A stretch of 64,000 nt of DNA, taken from Tagaea sp. Its GTDB lineage: Bacteria; Pseudomonadota; Alphaproteobacteria; CACIAM-22H2. Shown piece by piece: positions 19,900 through 30,114 of the stretch. The position numbers and the translations under genes are program-made. The notes beneath the pieces were generated by a model, which saw nothing but the letters and a program-made list of their open reading frames with translations, ran no database searches and was not told the DNA's origin. The stretch is taken from the NCBI GenBank assembly GCA_041917215.1, contig JAYRYC010000005.1, positions 103,687-167,686 on the forward strand, read 5' to 3'. The number at the start of each line of letters is the position of its first letter. The stretch's first letter is position 1.

Positions 19900-21369
19900 T
19901 CAGTTGGAACCGATCGCGAGACCCGCACCGCGCCGATCGGTTTCGATCCGGCACGTATTGCCATCGGCGATCAAACCGCCGGGGCAATGGATCGCCTGCA
20001 CGCGCGCGGCTTCGCCGTTCGCGGGCAAATTCGCGCGCGGCGCTTCGATCGACGCGGCCAGCGCTTCGCGGCCTTGCAGGGTGTCGAGAGCCGCGCGCGC
20101 CAATGCCAAGGGGGCCGCCGCGCCGCCGGACGCGGCACCGACGAAAGTTATGTCGTTGCGCTCGCGCAACGCGATCGCCACGGTCAGCCAGCGGGTATCG
20201 GGCCCGCCAATTCGCGGCGCGGGGGCCAGCGGAAACGCGGTCCCTTGCGGCAGCTTCGCGATCCCGAACGGCGTATAGCCGGTCAACGCGCAAGCGACCG
20301 CACCGCCGTCGCGATCGACGATCGCGAAACTCGTTCCCGATGCCGTATCGGGTTCGGCCGCGAACTCGCCGCCCACACCCGCGAGGCCGCGAACGCGCGC
20401 CGGCGCCATCGCTTCGCCCATCGGCACGCTCGACGTGAGATCGGCTTGCAGCCATTGCGCGCGATCGCGCGACGCGGCGGCGGCGGTCGACACCAGCAGC
20501 GGCAAGCGCGCATCGGGGGCGGTCGGCCGCCAGCGCGATTCGAGCGCGCCGAAGATTTGTCCCACGGCCAGCGCGCCGAAAGCCGGCGTCGTGCCGACGA
20601 ACAGATCGTTGCTTTCGCCGATCCGGACCGCCGGTTGAATTTGCGCCATGCCCGCGGCCAAATCAGCGACGGTCACGCGAATGCCCGCTGCGTTGAGCGA
20701 CTGCACCATTTCGCGCGCGTATTGCCCGTTATGCAGATCGCCGGGGCCGCGACTGCGCAACACGCCGAGCGCCGCCGCCATTTGCGGCTGCACCATGCGT
20801 TCGCCCTCCGCGATCGGGCGGCCCTGCGGCAGGAAGATCGCGCGCAATCCGGGATCGGCGGCGAGACGCTGCGCGTTCGCGGCGACGTCGATGGCGAGTG
20901 CGCGCGTCGCGTCCGTGCCGTTGCGCGCGAAACTCTCGGCCGGGCTCACGACCTGTTCCCAACGCAAGCGGCCATAGCGCGCATGCATGGCGAACAATCC
21001 GCGCGGAATGCCCGGCGTCGCGATTTGCGCGTCCGCACTTCCCGCCGTCGCGGGGAAGGAAATCGATTCGACGCTGCGCGTGCGCGCACTGCCCGTCGCG
21101 ACCAGGCAGAATCCGCCGCCGCCCAAAGGCGCTTGGCTCGGCAACGTAACGGTGAGTGTCAGCGCCGCCGCGACCGCCGCGTCGGTCGCCGACCCGCCCG
21201 CCGACAGAATGTCGCGCGCGACCAATGCCGCGCGCGGCTCGGCCAATGTCGCCCCGCCCAGGAAACCGCGCACCGATCCGACGACGCCCAAATCCTCGGT
21301 TTTCGTGCCGCCCATTCCGAGCCAGGAACAACCCGACAAAGCCATGCCCGATGCGAGCAAGCCCGCCAT
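19900..21369 (-). CDS. Gamma-glutamyltransferase-family lipoprotein
   Basis: The lipobox is MAGLLASGMALSGCS at the inner ATG (21369). The autoprocessing and catalytic Thr region reads TSFAIVDRDGGAVACALT. The sequence carries GGT large- and small-subunit features. Confidence 0.7.
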   Translation of the reverse strand: MAGLLASGMALSGCSWLGMGGTKTEDLGVVGSVRGFLGGATLAEPRAALVARDILSAGGSATDAAVAAALTLTVTLPSQAPLGGGGFCLVATGSARTRSVESISFPATAGSADAQIATPGIPRGLFAMHARYGRLRWEQVVSPAESFARNGTDATRALAIDVAANAQRLAADPGLRAIFLPQGRPIAEGERMVQPQMAAALGVLRSRGPGDLHNGQYAREMVQSLNAAGIRVTVADLAAGMAQIQPAVRIGESNDLFVGTTPAFGALAVGQIFGALESRWRPTAPDARLPLLVSTAAAASRDRAQWLQADLTSSVPMGEAMAPARVRGLAGVGGEFAAEPDTASGTSFAIVDRDGGAVACALTGYTPFGIAKLPQGTAFPLAPAPRIGGPDTRWLTVAIALRERNDITFVGAASGGAAAPLALARAALDTLQGREALAASIEAPRANLPANGEAARVQAIHCPGGLIADGNTCRIETDRRGAGLAIGSN

Positions 21370-21457
21370 GAAAAGGCCGCGCTTGGGCGATTGATTTGCC
21401 GTGCCTGTGGCCCTAGCTTGGGTCCGCACGCGGTGCGTCGGGCTTGGAAACTGGGTC

Positions 21458-22849
21458 ATGCGATTGAAACTGCTCGATTATGCGAAATTCTTGCGGGCCG
21501 CCGGAAAGGCGAGCCTCGCGGGCGTTATCGCTCTTTCGGTCGCACTCTGGCAACCCCCGGCCGCGCACGCCCAAGCCCAGCAGCGCATCCAGTTCATCCG
21601 CGACGCGGAAACCGAGACGATCATCCGCGCCTATGCGACGCCGATTTTCCGCGTCGCCGGCCTCAATCCCGACGACATCAACGTCCATCTCATCAACGAT
21701 CGCACGCTGAACGCGTTCGTGGCGATCGGCCAGAACATGTTCTTCCACACCGGCCTGTTGATGCGCACGGAGAATCCCGGTCAGCTGATCGGCGTGATCG
21801 CGCACGAAACCGGCCATATCGCGGGCGGACATTTGGCGCGCCTGCCCGAAGCGATGCGCGACGCGTGGACCGCGACGGTGGTCTCGCTGCTGGGCGCGGC
21901 GGCGGCGGCCGTCGCCGGGCGCGGCGACGCGGCGGTCGCTTCGGTCTTGGCCGGCCAGCAAATCGCGGAGCGCAGTTTCCTGCGCTATTCGCGCGCCCTC
22001 GAATCCTCCGCCGATCAGGCGGGCACCACCTTCCTCGACCGCTCGCAGCAATCGGCGAAGGGCTTCCTCGAATTCATGCAGATCCTGCAGGATCAGGAAT
22101 TCGCGCTGGTCGAGCGCCAGGACCCTTACGTGCGCACCCACCCGGTCACGCGCGAGCGCATCGACTTCATCCAGAATTTCGTCGCCGGTTCGCGCTTCAC
22201 CAACGCGCCCACGCGGCCGGAATTCGTCGAGATGCACAAACGCATGCGCGCCAAGCTGATCGGCTATATCGAGCCCGCGCGCGCGCTGTCCCAATATCGC
22301 GATGGCGACACGTCGCTCGAGGCGCGCTATGCGCGCAGCTGGGCCTATTACCGGCGCGGCGACATGATGCGCGCGATCCCGTTGATGGACGCGCTGCTGA
22401 AGGATTATCCCGACGATCCGTGGTTCGCCGAATCGCGCGGCCAGTTCACCTACGAAAACGGCCGTCCGCGCGACGCGATCCCGTTCTACGAAAAAGCCGT
22501 CGCCAAGGTGCCCAACAACGCGCTGCTGCGCTTGGGCCTGGCCGCGGCGCAGATCGCGACCGAGGATACCGCCCTGCTCAAAGCCGCGATCGACAATCTG
22601 ATCCAGGCCCAGGCGCGCGAGCCGGAAACCGCCGAAATCCATCGCCAGCTTGCGGTCGCCTATGGCCGCGACGGGCAAATGGGCATGGCGGCGTTGTCGC
22701 AGGCCGAATACGCGCTGCTGATGGGCCAGCGCGTGGCCGCGCGCGGCTTCGCCGAACGGGCGGAACGTTTGCTCCCGGCCGGTTCGACTTATATCCTGCG
22801 CGCCCAAGACATCAAAAACGCGATCGACCCGAACCCGCCCCGCCCATGA
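21458..22849 (+). CDS. M48-family periplasmic metalloprotease with TPR region (BepA/YfgC-like)
   Basis: The protein has the HExxH motif (IAHETGHIAGGH) and a signal peptide starting at MRLKLLDYAKFL. It has a C-terminal TPR-like helical region. Confidence 0.8.
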   Translation: MRLKLLDYAKFLRAAGKASLAGVIALSVALWQPPAAHAQAQQRIQFIRDAETETIIRAYATPIFRVAGLNPDDINVHLINDRTLNAFVAIGQNMFFHTGLLMRTENPGQLIGVIAHETGHIAGGHLARLPEAMRDAWTATVVSLLGAAAAAVAGRGDAAVASVLAGQQIAERSFLRYSRALESSADQAGTTFLDRSQQSAKGFLEFMQILQDQEFALVERQDPYVRTHPVTRERIDFIQNFVAGSRFTNAPTRPEFVEMHKRMRAKLIGYIEPARALSQYRDGDTSLEARYARSWAYYRRGDMMRAIPLMDALLKDYPDDPWFAESRGQFTYENGRPRDAIPFYEKAVAKVPNNALLRLGLAAAQIATEDTALLKAAIDNLIQAQAREPETAEIHRQLAVAYGRDGQMGMAALSQAEYALLMGQRVAARGFAERAERLLPAGSTYILRAQDIKNAIDPNPPRP

Positions 22850-23619
22850 AAAAAAACATCGTCATCACTGCCATCCTGCTCGTCCTCGCCGCGTGCTCGA
22901 GCGGACCGTCCGGCCAAGCGCCGGCCCCCGCCCAAGCGACGCGCGCCTCGGTCGTCGACGGCACGATCCGATTGCTCGACCGCATTCCGGGTGCGCAGGC
23001 GAACGCGGCGCCCGAGCAATGGTGGACGCGCCGCCAAGCGAACGAAGGCCCGCTGACGGTCGTCGATCTGCAAGGCACGCTCGCCATCCGCCCCGACGCG
23101 CCCGGCGGTTCCTTGATGGCACGGCGCGTGGATGCGAGCCTTGCCGCGACCCCCTTCCTGCGCTGGAGCTGGTATCTCGAGCCCAGCGTGTTCGGCGGCG
23201 GGCCGGGCACGGGCCAAGAGCGCGGGTTGCGCATGGTCGTGTTCTTCCGCTCGGTCGATCGGCCGTTCAGCGAGCGCCTTGCGTCGTGGGCTTTCGTCGA
23301 GCCGGCCGAATACGATCATTGGGTCGAAATCTCGTTCGGCGGGTTCGGTGCGGCGCGCGCGGAGATGGCGCAGCAGCGCAAATGGACCGCCGACGATTCC
23401 GGCCGGCGCATCGTGCTGCGCGAGCCGCGCGCCGAGCAGGCGGGCAATTGGCATGTCGAGGCGATCGACCTCAACGAACTCTTCAAGCGCTTCTGGCCGA
23501 GCGGCGATCCTTCCAAGATGCGCATCGTGATGGTGGGCTTGGGCGGCTTCTCCGGCAACGTGCCCGAAGGCGTGCCCGGCGCCATCGGCTACATCTCCGA
23601 AGCGTATCTCACGCGATGA
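22846..23619 (+). CDS. Lipoprotein of unknown function (DUF3047 assignment tentative, from memory)
   Basis: The lipobox is MKKNIVITAILLVLAACSS. Its ATG overlaps the protease stop (ATGA) and its stop overlaps the dsbA start (ATGA). The track buries it inside a spurious 1302-aa ORF. Confidence 0.6.
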   Translation: MKKNIVITAILLVLAACSSGPSGQAPAPAQATRASVVDGTIRLLDRIPGAQANAAPEQWWTRRQANEGPLTVVDLQGTLAIRPDAPGGSLMARRVDASLAATPFLRWSWYLEPSVFGGGPGTGQERGLRMVVFFRSVDRPFSERLASWAFVEPAEYDHWVEISFGGFGAARAEMAQQRKWTADDSGRRIVLREPRAEQAGNWHVEAIDLNELFKRFWPSGDPSKMRIVMVGLGGFSGNVPEGVPGAIGYISEAYLTR

Positions 23620-24356
23620 GGCGCCTTTTCGCCGCGGTCGCGTTGATACTTGGGTTGATCGGACCCGCACAGGCGCAGACGCCCGCCCCCGATCGCGCCG
23701 CGATCGAGCAGATCGTGCGCGATCTCATCCGCCGCGAGCCGGAGATCGTTCTCGAAGCGCTCGACGCGCTCGAGAAACGCGGCGAAGCCCGGCAGCGCGA
23801 AGCGGCCAAGCAAGCGTTGAACGAGCGCCGCCGCGAGCTGGAGAACGATCCCGATATGCCCGTCGCGGGCAATCCCCAAGGCCGCGTGGTCATCGTCGAG
23901 TTCTTCGATTATCGCTGCCCCTATTGCAAGCGCATGGCCGCGCCGATCAAGGAACTGCTCGCGGCCGAAAAGGACGTGAAGCTGGTGCGCCGCGATTGGC
24001 CGATCCTGGGCCCGCCCTCGGTGATCGCGAGCCGCGCGGCTTTGGCCGCGCGCGCGCAAGGCGAGCAGCGCTACGAGAAATTCCACGACGCGATGATGAC
24101 CGCGCGCGTGCAGCTCGACGAGAACTCGATTTTCCAGATCGCGCGCGAAAGCGGGATCGACATCGATCGCCTGCGCCGCGACATGGAAAGCCCGCGTATC
24201 GCCGCGATCCTTCAAAAGAACGATGCGCTCGCCCGCGCCCTCGCCTTCACCGGCACACCGGGCTTCGCGATCGGCGACGCGCTCGTGCCCGGTGCCGTCG
24301 ATCTCGCGACGCTTAAAAATCTGGTCGCGGCGGCGCGCGCTCCAGCACCAAAGTAA
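23616..24356 (+). CDS. DsbA-family thiol:disulfide oxidoreductase
   Basis: The protein has a signal peptide MRRLFAAVALILGLIGPAQA and a thioredoxin-fold CPYC active site (FFDYRCPYCKRM). Confidence 0.85.
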   Translation: MRRLFAAVALILGLIGPAQAQTPAPDRAAIEQIVRDLIRREPEIVLEALDALEKRGEARQREAAKQALNERRRELENDPDMPVAGNPQGRVVIVEFFDYRCPYCKRMAAPIKELLAAEKDVKLVRRDWPILGPPSVIASRAALAARAQGEQRYEKFHDAMMTARVQLDENSIFQIARESGIDIDRLRRDMESPRIAAILQKNDALARALAFTGTPGFAIGDALVPGAVDLATLKNLVAAARAPAPK

Positions 24357-24807
24357 GGTTCAGCATCATGTCGGGCGCTTTGCCGTCCTCGGCGAGCGGC
24401 AGCATGATGCGTTCGATCGCGCGCCACATCTCCATGAAGCTGAAAGCGGGCGCCCCGCGCCGCCAGCTGATCGCGCCCTTCGCCACAGCGTGATAATCGG
24501 GCAGCGTCGGGTTGTCCGCGAAATCGGGCGAGACCTCGTCCATGAACCGTCCGGTCGAACCGGCGAGCGGGCCGGTATCGAGCGCCGTGCCGATCAATCG
24601 ATAGCGGAAGCGCGGCGGCGCGCCGACGATATCGAGCAGCCAGATATTGGGCATAAGGTCGGGTATCGCGGTCGGATCGAAATGCCGGCGCGCGGGCAAA
24701 AGGCCGGGACCGGGCGACAGGCTTTTCCAATGGTCGTGGAACAGGCGCACGCGCGGATCGGCGTCCGCCGGCACGTGATCGAGCGCGCCGTTTTCCTCGC
24801 CGATCAC
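24313..24807 (-). CDS. Small stand-alone PAS-domain protein (alphaproteobacterial family)
   Basis: The protein is about 160 aa and has a PAS-like core WLLDIVGAPPRFRYRLIGTALDTG. It has no output domain. Its 3' end overlaps the convergent dsbA 3' end by 44 nt. Confidence 0.55.
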   Translation of the reverse strand: MIGEENGALDHVPADADPRVRLFHDHWKSLSPGPGLLPARRHFDPTAIPDLMPNIWLLDIVGAPPRFRYRLIGTALDTGPLAGSTGRFMDEVSPDFADNPTLPDYHAVAKGAISWRRGAPAFSFMEMWRAIERIMLPLAEDGKAPDMMLNLTLVLERAPPRPDF

Positions 24808-25451
24808 GGCTCGGCGTCCGGCTGATTTTCGGGCCGCGCCGCGTCGAAAGCGGGCACCGTCATGCAGGTTTTAAAAATCGCCATCAATCGCGGCCAAGCG
24901 GTTTCGAGTTCGGCGTCGCTATAGAAGCGCTTGGCGTTGAAGGTTTGCGGCACCAGGCACACATCGGCGAGCGTGGGCGTATCGCCGTGGCAGAATTTTC
25001 CCGTCGCGGGTGCCGCGAATTCCGTCTCCAGCGCGTCGAAGCCCACGGCGATCCAATGCCGATACCACGCCGCGACACCCGCCTTGTCGAGCTTCAGCGT
25101 GTCGCTCAAATAATTGAGGACGCGCAGATTGTTGAGCGGATGGATATCGCACGCGATCGCGAAGGCGAGATTGCGCACGCGCGCGCGGCCGGGAATGTCC
25201 GGCGGCAGCAACGGCTTTTCGGGATAGGCTTCGTCGAGATACTCGCAAATCGCCAGCGACTGCGCGATGCCGAGATCCCCATCCTGCAGATAAGGAATCA
25301 AGCCTTGCGGATTGCGCGCGAGGAATTCGGGCGAACGCTGTTCGGCCTTGCGCAGATGGATGAACTCGTTGTCGTAGGGCAAGCCCTTCAATCCCAGCGC
25401 GATGCGCGTGCGGAAGGCGGCCGACGAACGGAAATAGCCCCAATGTTTCAT
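24804..25451 (-). CDS. maiA: Maleylacetoacetate isomerase / zeta-class glutathione S-transferase
   Basis: The ATG at 25451 gives MKHWGYFRSSAAFRTRIALGLKGLPYDNEF, the canonical GSTZ/MaiA N-terminus (M-LYSY-RSS-YRVRIALNLKG). The protein is 215 aa. Confidence 0.8.
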   Translation of the reverse strand: MKHWGYFRSSAAFRTRIALGLKGLPYDNEFIHLRKAEQRSPEFLARNPQGLIPYLQDGDLGIAQSLAICEYLDEAYPEKPLLPPDIPGRARVRNLAFAIACDIHPLNNLRVLNYLSDTLKLDKAGVAAWYRHWIAVGFDALETEFAAPATGKFCHGDTPTLADVCLVPQTFNAKRFYSDAELETAWPRLMAIFKTCMTVPAFDAARPENQPDAEP

Positions 25452-25512
25452 GTCCGGTTTTCCCGACGATTGTGCCGGGAAGATAGCGCCGGACGCTACG
25501 ATTTGCACCCGC

Positions 25513-26403
25513 TCATGCCGCGTTCGGATTGCGCCGGCTGGCGAGCGCGATCGCGACGGCGATACACGCGAAACCGGCACCCAGGCGCCAATCCACCGCC
25601 TCGCCAAGCACGAGCGCGCCGCAGGCGGCGGCGGCGATCGGATTGAGCGTCACGAACAACGTGACGTTCGACGCCGAAATCCGCGTCAACGCGAAGAACC
25701 AAAGGTAATAAGCGAGAAGCCCCGCCGGGAAGGTGAGCCAGAACATCGCGAACCAGCCCGACGCGCTGAAATGCCCGAAGCCCGAGAAATCGCCGCGCAG
25801 GATCAACGCGGCGCCCAACACGGCCGCACCGGCGAGGCATTGCAACGCGGTCAGCGACATCGGCTTGTAGCGGCGCACGTAACGCGCCGACAACACGGTA
25901 TGCGCCGCGCCGAGCACGGCCCCGATCAGCATGACGAGATCGCCCTTCCACGCCTCGGGCCCGCCGCCCGCCCGATCGCCCAGCGCCACCGCCACGCCCA
26001 ATGCCGCCAGCACGCAAGCCGCGACCTTGTTGACGCTCAATTTCTCCTGCCCCATCGCCGCCGCCAACGCCAAGGCGAGCACCGGCATCAACGACAGGAT
26101 CAGCGCCGCGCGCGCGGCGGGGATGTAGCGCGTGCCCGTCGCGAACAGCCAGCCGAAGCCCGCGAACATCAGCGCGCCCAGCAGAAAGATCGGCAGAATG
26201 TCGCCGCGTGCGATCCAGCCCGCGCGCCGCCCCGGCACGCCCCATGCGACGATCGCAAGCCCGGCACCCGCCCCCAGTGCCCGCAGGAACGCGACGGTCA
26301 TCGGTTCGCTTTCGGCGACGGCATAGCGCGACGCGACGAAGGCGGTGCCGCCCAGAATAGCGGCGGCGGCGGCGAGTAGGACGGCGACCTGCTCTTTACT
26401 CAT
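25513..26403 (-). CDS. DMT-superfamily (EamA-like) transporter
   Basis: The protein has ten predicted TM helices and duplicated EamA halves. Confidence 0.75.
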   Translation of the reverse strand: MSKEQVAVLLAAAAAILGGTAFVASRYAVAESEPMTVAFLRALGAGAGLAIVAWGVPGRRAGWIARGDILPIFLLGALMFAGFGWLFATGTRYIPAARAALILSLMPVLALALAAAMGQEKLSVNKVAACVLAALGVAVALGDRAGGGPEAWKGDLVMLIGAVLGAAHTVLSARYVRRYKPMSLTALQCLAGAAVLGAALILRGDFSGFGHFSASGWFAMFWLTFPAGLLAYYLWFFALTRISASNVTLFVTLNPIAAAACGALVLGEAVDWRLGAGFACIAVAIALASRRNPNAA

Positions 26404-26591
26404 GACATTCCTTGTGCGGGCCGCGCATCATGCCCGGCAAATCGCGCCCGGCCACGTAAAACGCCCGCAACCGTCCCCTGCGCGGGGCGCAAGGCCTGGA
26501 AATCCCGGCCAAAAAGAGCGATTTGCGCCCCCCTCCCCCCTTGCTATAACCGCGCCCTAGCGACTCGTCCCCCATCGGAGGCCCGACGCCC

Positions 26592-27047
26592 TTGGAGCCC
26601 AAGCCGACTCTGCTGATCCTGAACGGGCCCAATCTCAATATGCTGGGCACGAGACAGCCGGAAATCTACGGCCGTACGACCCTTGCCGATGTGGAAGGCG
26701 AGTGCCGGGCGCTGGCCGAGGATTTGGGCGTCGAGGTCGATTTCCGGCAGTCGAACCACGAAGGCCAGCTTATCGACTGGATCCAGGAAGCGCGCCGGAC
26801 CGCCGACGGCATCATCATCAATCCGGGCGGTCTGACGCATACGTCCGTGGCGTTGATGGACGCGCTGACCGCCGCCGATCTGCCGGTCATCGAAGTCCAC
26901 ATCACCAATATCCACGCGCGCGAGGAATTCCGGCACCATTCCTATGTCAGCCGCGTGGCCAAAGGCGTCATCGCGGGCCTCGGCCCGCAAGGTTACCTCT
27001 TCGCGCTGGAAGCGTTGGCGCGCATCGTCGATCCCGATCTCGAGTAA
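26592..27047 (+). CDS. aroQ: Type II 3-dehydroquinate dehydratase
   Basis: The protein has the motifs [20 protein letters not shown] and [14 protein letters not shown] and the conserved catalytic His/Arg. Confidence 0.9.
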   Translation: MEPKPTLLILNGPNLNMLGTRQPEIYGRTTLADVEGECRALAEDLGVEVDFRQSNHEGQLIDWIQEARRTADGIIINPGGLTHTSVALMDALTAADLPVIEVHITNIHAREEFRHHSYVSRVAKGVIAGLGPQGYLFALEALARIVDPDLE

Positions 27048-27051
27048 AATC

Positions 27052-27582
27052 ATGGCAGCCAAGAAATCGAAACCCGCCCCCGTCAAGAAACAAGCCGCCA
27101 AGCCGGCGGCCAAAGCGGCCCCCGCGTTGCCGAGCTTCGGCCCGTCTTCGGCCGATGTCGAACGCTTGGCCAAGCTTTTGGAAAAGACGGGCCTCGTCGA
27201 GCTCGAATATCGCGAAGGCGACAAGCGCCTGCGCCTGTCGCGCAGCGGCGGTGCGGTCGCTTACGCCGCCGCCCCGGTCGCCGCACCGGCCCCGGTCGCC
27301 GCACCCGTCGCGTCGGCCGCCGCGGCCCCGGCCGCCGAGCCGAGCCTCGAGAACGCCGTGACCTCGCCGATGGTCGGCACCGCCTATCTTTCGCCCGAAC
27401 CCAGCGCGCCCGCTTTCGTGCGCGTGGGCGACAAGGTCAAGGAAGGCCAGACGCTGCTGATCGTCGAAGCGATGAAGGTGATGAACCCGATCCGCAGCCC
27501 CCGTTCGGGCACGGTCGCGCGCATCATCGTGCAGAACGGCGCGCCGGTCGAATACGGCGAAGCCCTGATCGTGATCGAGTAA
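27052..27582 (+). CDS. accB: Biotin carboxyl carrier protein of acetyl-CoA carboxylase
   Basis: The ATG at 27052 starts MAAKKSKP. There is an Ala/Pro linker and a biotinyl domain with EAMKVM (biotin-Lys). Confidence 0.9.
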   Translation: MAAKKSKPAPVKKQAAKPAAKAAPALPSFGPSSADVERLAKLLEKTGLVELEYREGDKRLRLSRSGGAVAYAAAPVAAPAPVAAPVASAAAAPAAEPSLENAVTSPMVGTAYLSPEPSAPAFVRVGDKVKEGQTLLIVEAMKVMNPIRSPRSGTVARIIVQNGAPVEYGEALIVIE

Positions 27583-27590
27583 CCCGCGCG

Positions 27591-28934
27591 ATGTTCGAAA
27601 AAGTCCTCATCGCGAACCGGGGCGAAATCGCGCTGCGCATCCATCGCGCGTGCAAGGAGCTGGGCATCCACACGGTCGCGGTGCATTCCACCGCCGACGC
27701 GGACGCGATGCATGTGCGCCTGGCCGACGAAAGCGTGTGCATCGGCCCGCCGCCCGCGCGCGACAGCTACCTCAACAAAGCCGCGATCATTTCGGCCGCC
27801 GTCATCACCGGCGCGGACGCGATCCATCCCGGCTACGGCTTCCTGTCCGAGAACGCGGATTTCGCGCGGATGGTCGAGGATCACGGGATCACGTTCATCG
27901 GCCCGACGCCCGAACATATCTCGATGATGGGCGACAAGATCGAAGCCAAGCGCGCGATGATCGAACTTGGCGTGCCGTGCGTGCCCGGTTCCGACGGGCC
28001 GGTCGGCGATCTGGAAACCGCGCTGAAACTGGGCAAGGAAATCGGCTATCCCGTGCTGATCAAGGCGGCGGGTGGGGGCGGCGGCAAGGGTATGCGCGTC
28101 GCCAATTCGGCGTCCGAGCTCGAGGAAGCCTATCGCTCGGCGCGCGCCGAAGCGGGCGCCAATTTCGGCAACGACGTCGTCTATATCGAGAAATATCTCG
28201 GCCATCCGCGCCATATCGAATTCCAGATGCTGGCCGATACGCACGGCAACGTCGTGCATCTGGGCGAGCGCGATTGCTCGTTGCAGCGCAAGCACCAGAA
28301 GGTTCTGGAGGAAAGCCCGTCGCCCGCCCTCAACGCGGCGCAGCGCGAGAAGATGGGCAAGATCGTCGTCGACGCGCTGAAGAAGCTCGGCTACCGCAAC
28401 GCCGGCACGCTCGAGTTCCTTTATCAGGACGGCGAGTTCTATTTCATCGAAATGAACACCCGCCTGCAGGTCGAACATCCGGTGACCGAAATGGTCTGCG
28501 GCCTCGACCTCGTGCGCGAACAGATCCGCATCGCCTCGGGTGCCCCGATGGCGTTCACGCAGGACGACGTGCGCTTGCAAGGCCACGCGATCGAATGCCG
28601 CGTGAACGCGGAAAACCCCGAGACCTTCGCGCCGTCGCCGGGGCTGATCGCCGAATATCACACGCCCGGCGGCCTGGGCGTGCGCGTCGATAGCGGGCTC
28701 TATTCGGGCTATCGCGTGCCGTCGAGCTACGATTCGATGGTCGCCAAGCTGATCGTGCACGGCACCAGCCGCAACGAATGCCTGATGCGCCTGCGCCGCG
28801 CCCTCGACGAATACGTGGTCGGCGGCATCCAGACGACGCTGCCCTTGCATCGCCGCCTGACGCGCTCGCAGGAATTCATCGACGGCAATTACGACATCCA
28901 TTGGCTCGAACGCTGGATGGGTCTCAAGAAATGA
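27591..28934 (+). CDS. accC: Biotin carboxylase subunit of acetyl-CoA carboxylase
   Basis: The protein starts [17 protein letters not shown]. It has an ATP-grasp domain and reads as a full-length biotin carboxylase. Confidence 0.95.
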   Translation: MFEKVLIANRGEIALRIHRACKELGIHTVAVHSTADADAMHVRLADESVCIGPPPARDSYLNKAAIISAAVITGADAIHPGYGFLSENADFARMVEDHGITFIGPTPEHISMMGDKIEAKRAMIELGVPCVPGSDGPVGDLETALKLGKEIGYPVLIKAAGGGGGKGMRVANSASELEEAYRSARAEAGANFGNDVVYIEKYLGHPRHIEFQMLADTHGNVVHLGERDCSLQRKHQKVLEESPSPALNAAQREKMGKIVVDALKKLGYRNAGTLEFLYQDGEFYFIEMNTRLQVEHPVTEMVCGLDLVREQIRIASGAPMAFTQDDVRLQGHAIECRVNAENPETFAPSPGLIAEYHTPGGLGVRVDSGLYSGYRVPSSYDSMVAKLIVHGTSRNECLMRLRRALDEYVVGGIQTTLPLHRRLTRSQEFIDGNYDIHWLERWMGLKK

Positions 28935-28953
28935 CCCGCCTCGCCGCGCGGCG

Positions 28954-29601
28954 ATGCCCGCAGCGATGGAGGAGCTGACTTACCGCCATCTGCTGTGGGC
29001 CTACGCCAACGGGATATTCCCGATGGCGCAGACCGCCGACGACCCGAAAATCGGCTGGTACGATCCCGATCCGCGCGGCGTGCTTCCCTTGGACGGCGTC
29101 CATATCCCCCGCTCGCTCGCCAAGCGCCTGCGCAAAAACCCGTTCGAGTTCCGCATCGACACGGCGTTCGCGGCGGTGATGGAAGGCTGTGCTGCGCGCG
29201 CCTCGACCTGGATCAACAAAACGATCCGCGATCTCTATCGCGAACTTCACGAAGCCGGCCACGCGCATTCGGTCGAGGCGTGGGCCGGCGGCGAGCTCGC
29301 CGGCGGGCTTTATGGCGTGCGATTGGGATCGGCGTTTTTCGGCGAAAGCATGTTCGCGCGCCGGGACGACGCGTCGAAAGCCGCCCTCGTCCATCTGGTC
29401 GCGCGTTTGCGCGCGGGCGGCTTCGTGCTGCTGGATACGCAGATGACGACCGAGCATATGGCGCGTTTCGGCACGGTCGAGATTTCGCGCGCCGAATATC
29501 GCCGCCGCTTGGCGCGCGCGTTGAAAGGCGTGGCGCCGTTTACGGAAATTCCGCAAGCGCGCATCGACGCCGAGTTTTCCAAACTGATCGGCCGGGGTTA
29601 A
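28954..29601 (+). CDS. aat: Leucyl/phenylalanyl-tRNA--protein transferase
   Basis: The protein has the motif [13 protein letters not shown] and the L/F-transferase GNAT-like C-terminal half. Confidence 0.85.
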   Translation: MPAAMEELTYRHLLWAYANGIFPMAQTADDPKIGWYDPDPRGVLPLDGVHIPRSLAKRLRKNPFEFRIDTAFAAVMEGCAARASTWINKTIRDLYRELHEAGHAHSVEAWAGGELAGGLYGVRLGSAFFGESMFARRDDASKAALVHLVARLRAGGFVLLDTQMTTEHMARFGTVEISRAEYRRRLARALKGVAPFTEIPQARIDAEFSKLIGRG

Positions 29602-29603
29602 GC

Positions 29604-29680
29604 CGGCCTCGCCCTTCGACAAGCTGAGGGTGAGGCCGAAGGAAAAGCCTCATGGTGAGCCTGTCGAACCATGAGGTCCG
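29604..29680. repeat. Copy 1 of a double-hairpin intergenic repeat (REP/MITE-like)
   Basis: Hairpin A is GGCCTCGCCC-ttcgacaagctga-GGGTGAGGCC (one G·U position). Hairpin B is CCTCATGG-tgagcctgtcgaa-CCATGAGG. The B module (cctcatggtgagcctgtcgaaccatgaggtc) is identical in the second copy at 45.3 kb. It sits right after the aat stop, in a terminator-like position. Confidence 0.7.
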
Positions 29681-29686
29681 CACCGC

Positions 29687-30067
29687 CTAACGGCAGCCGA
29701 CGACCCAGATGTCGTAGACCGGGTGATCCATCGCCGACACGGCCGGGGCGGAGGCGAACATCCAGCCCCGGAACACGGTCTGCGCCTGCTCGCCCGATTT
29801 GCGCTCGACCACGTCGAGATAGGCGGCACTTTCGGGCGGCTCCTCCGGCGGGCGCTTGCGGCAGGCGCGCACGACGACCGACAGCGTGCCGATCATCACT
29901 TCGCGTTCCACCGGCGCTTCGAGCGTGCGCACGCGCCCCGTGACCTTGTCCAGCGTCTGAAGCTGCGCCGTTTCCAGCGTGCGCCAATTGGCGGCGGGGG
30001 CGGTCTGCGCCCCGGCCGGGGCGGCGAAGGCGCACAGGATCGCGGCGAGGATGGAAAGAACGCGCAT
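29687..30067 (-). CDS. Secreted small protein, possibly DUF2155 family
   Basis: The inner ATG at 30067 gives a signal peptide MRVLSILAAILCAFAAPAGAQT. The protein is about 126 aa and has a C-terminal YDIWVVGC. Confidence 0.5.
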   Translation of the reverse strand: MRVLSILAAILCAFAAPAGAQTAPAANWRTLETAQLQTLDKVTGRVRTLEAPVEREVMIGTLSVVVRACRKRPPEEPPESAAYLDVVERKSGEQAQTVFRGWMFASAPAVSAMDHPVYDIWVVGCR

Positions 30068-30114
30068 GGTCAGCGCGGGCTTAGCCCCTAACGGGCGGCG
30101 GCGCAAGAACCCGC

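Noticed and set aside
19711-23619. 1302-aa plus-strand ORF spanning the aminotransferase, GGT, protease and lipoprotein region
   Set aside because: It is a frame artefact. It runs antisense through two minus-strand genes and off-frame through the protease. Only its last 257 codons (22846-23619) are a real gene, the lipoprotein.
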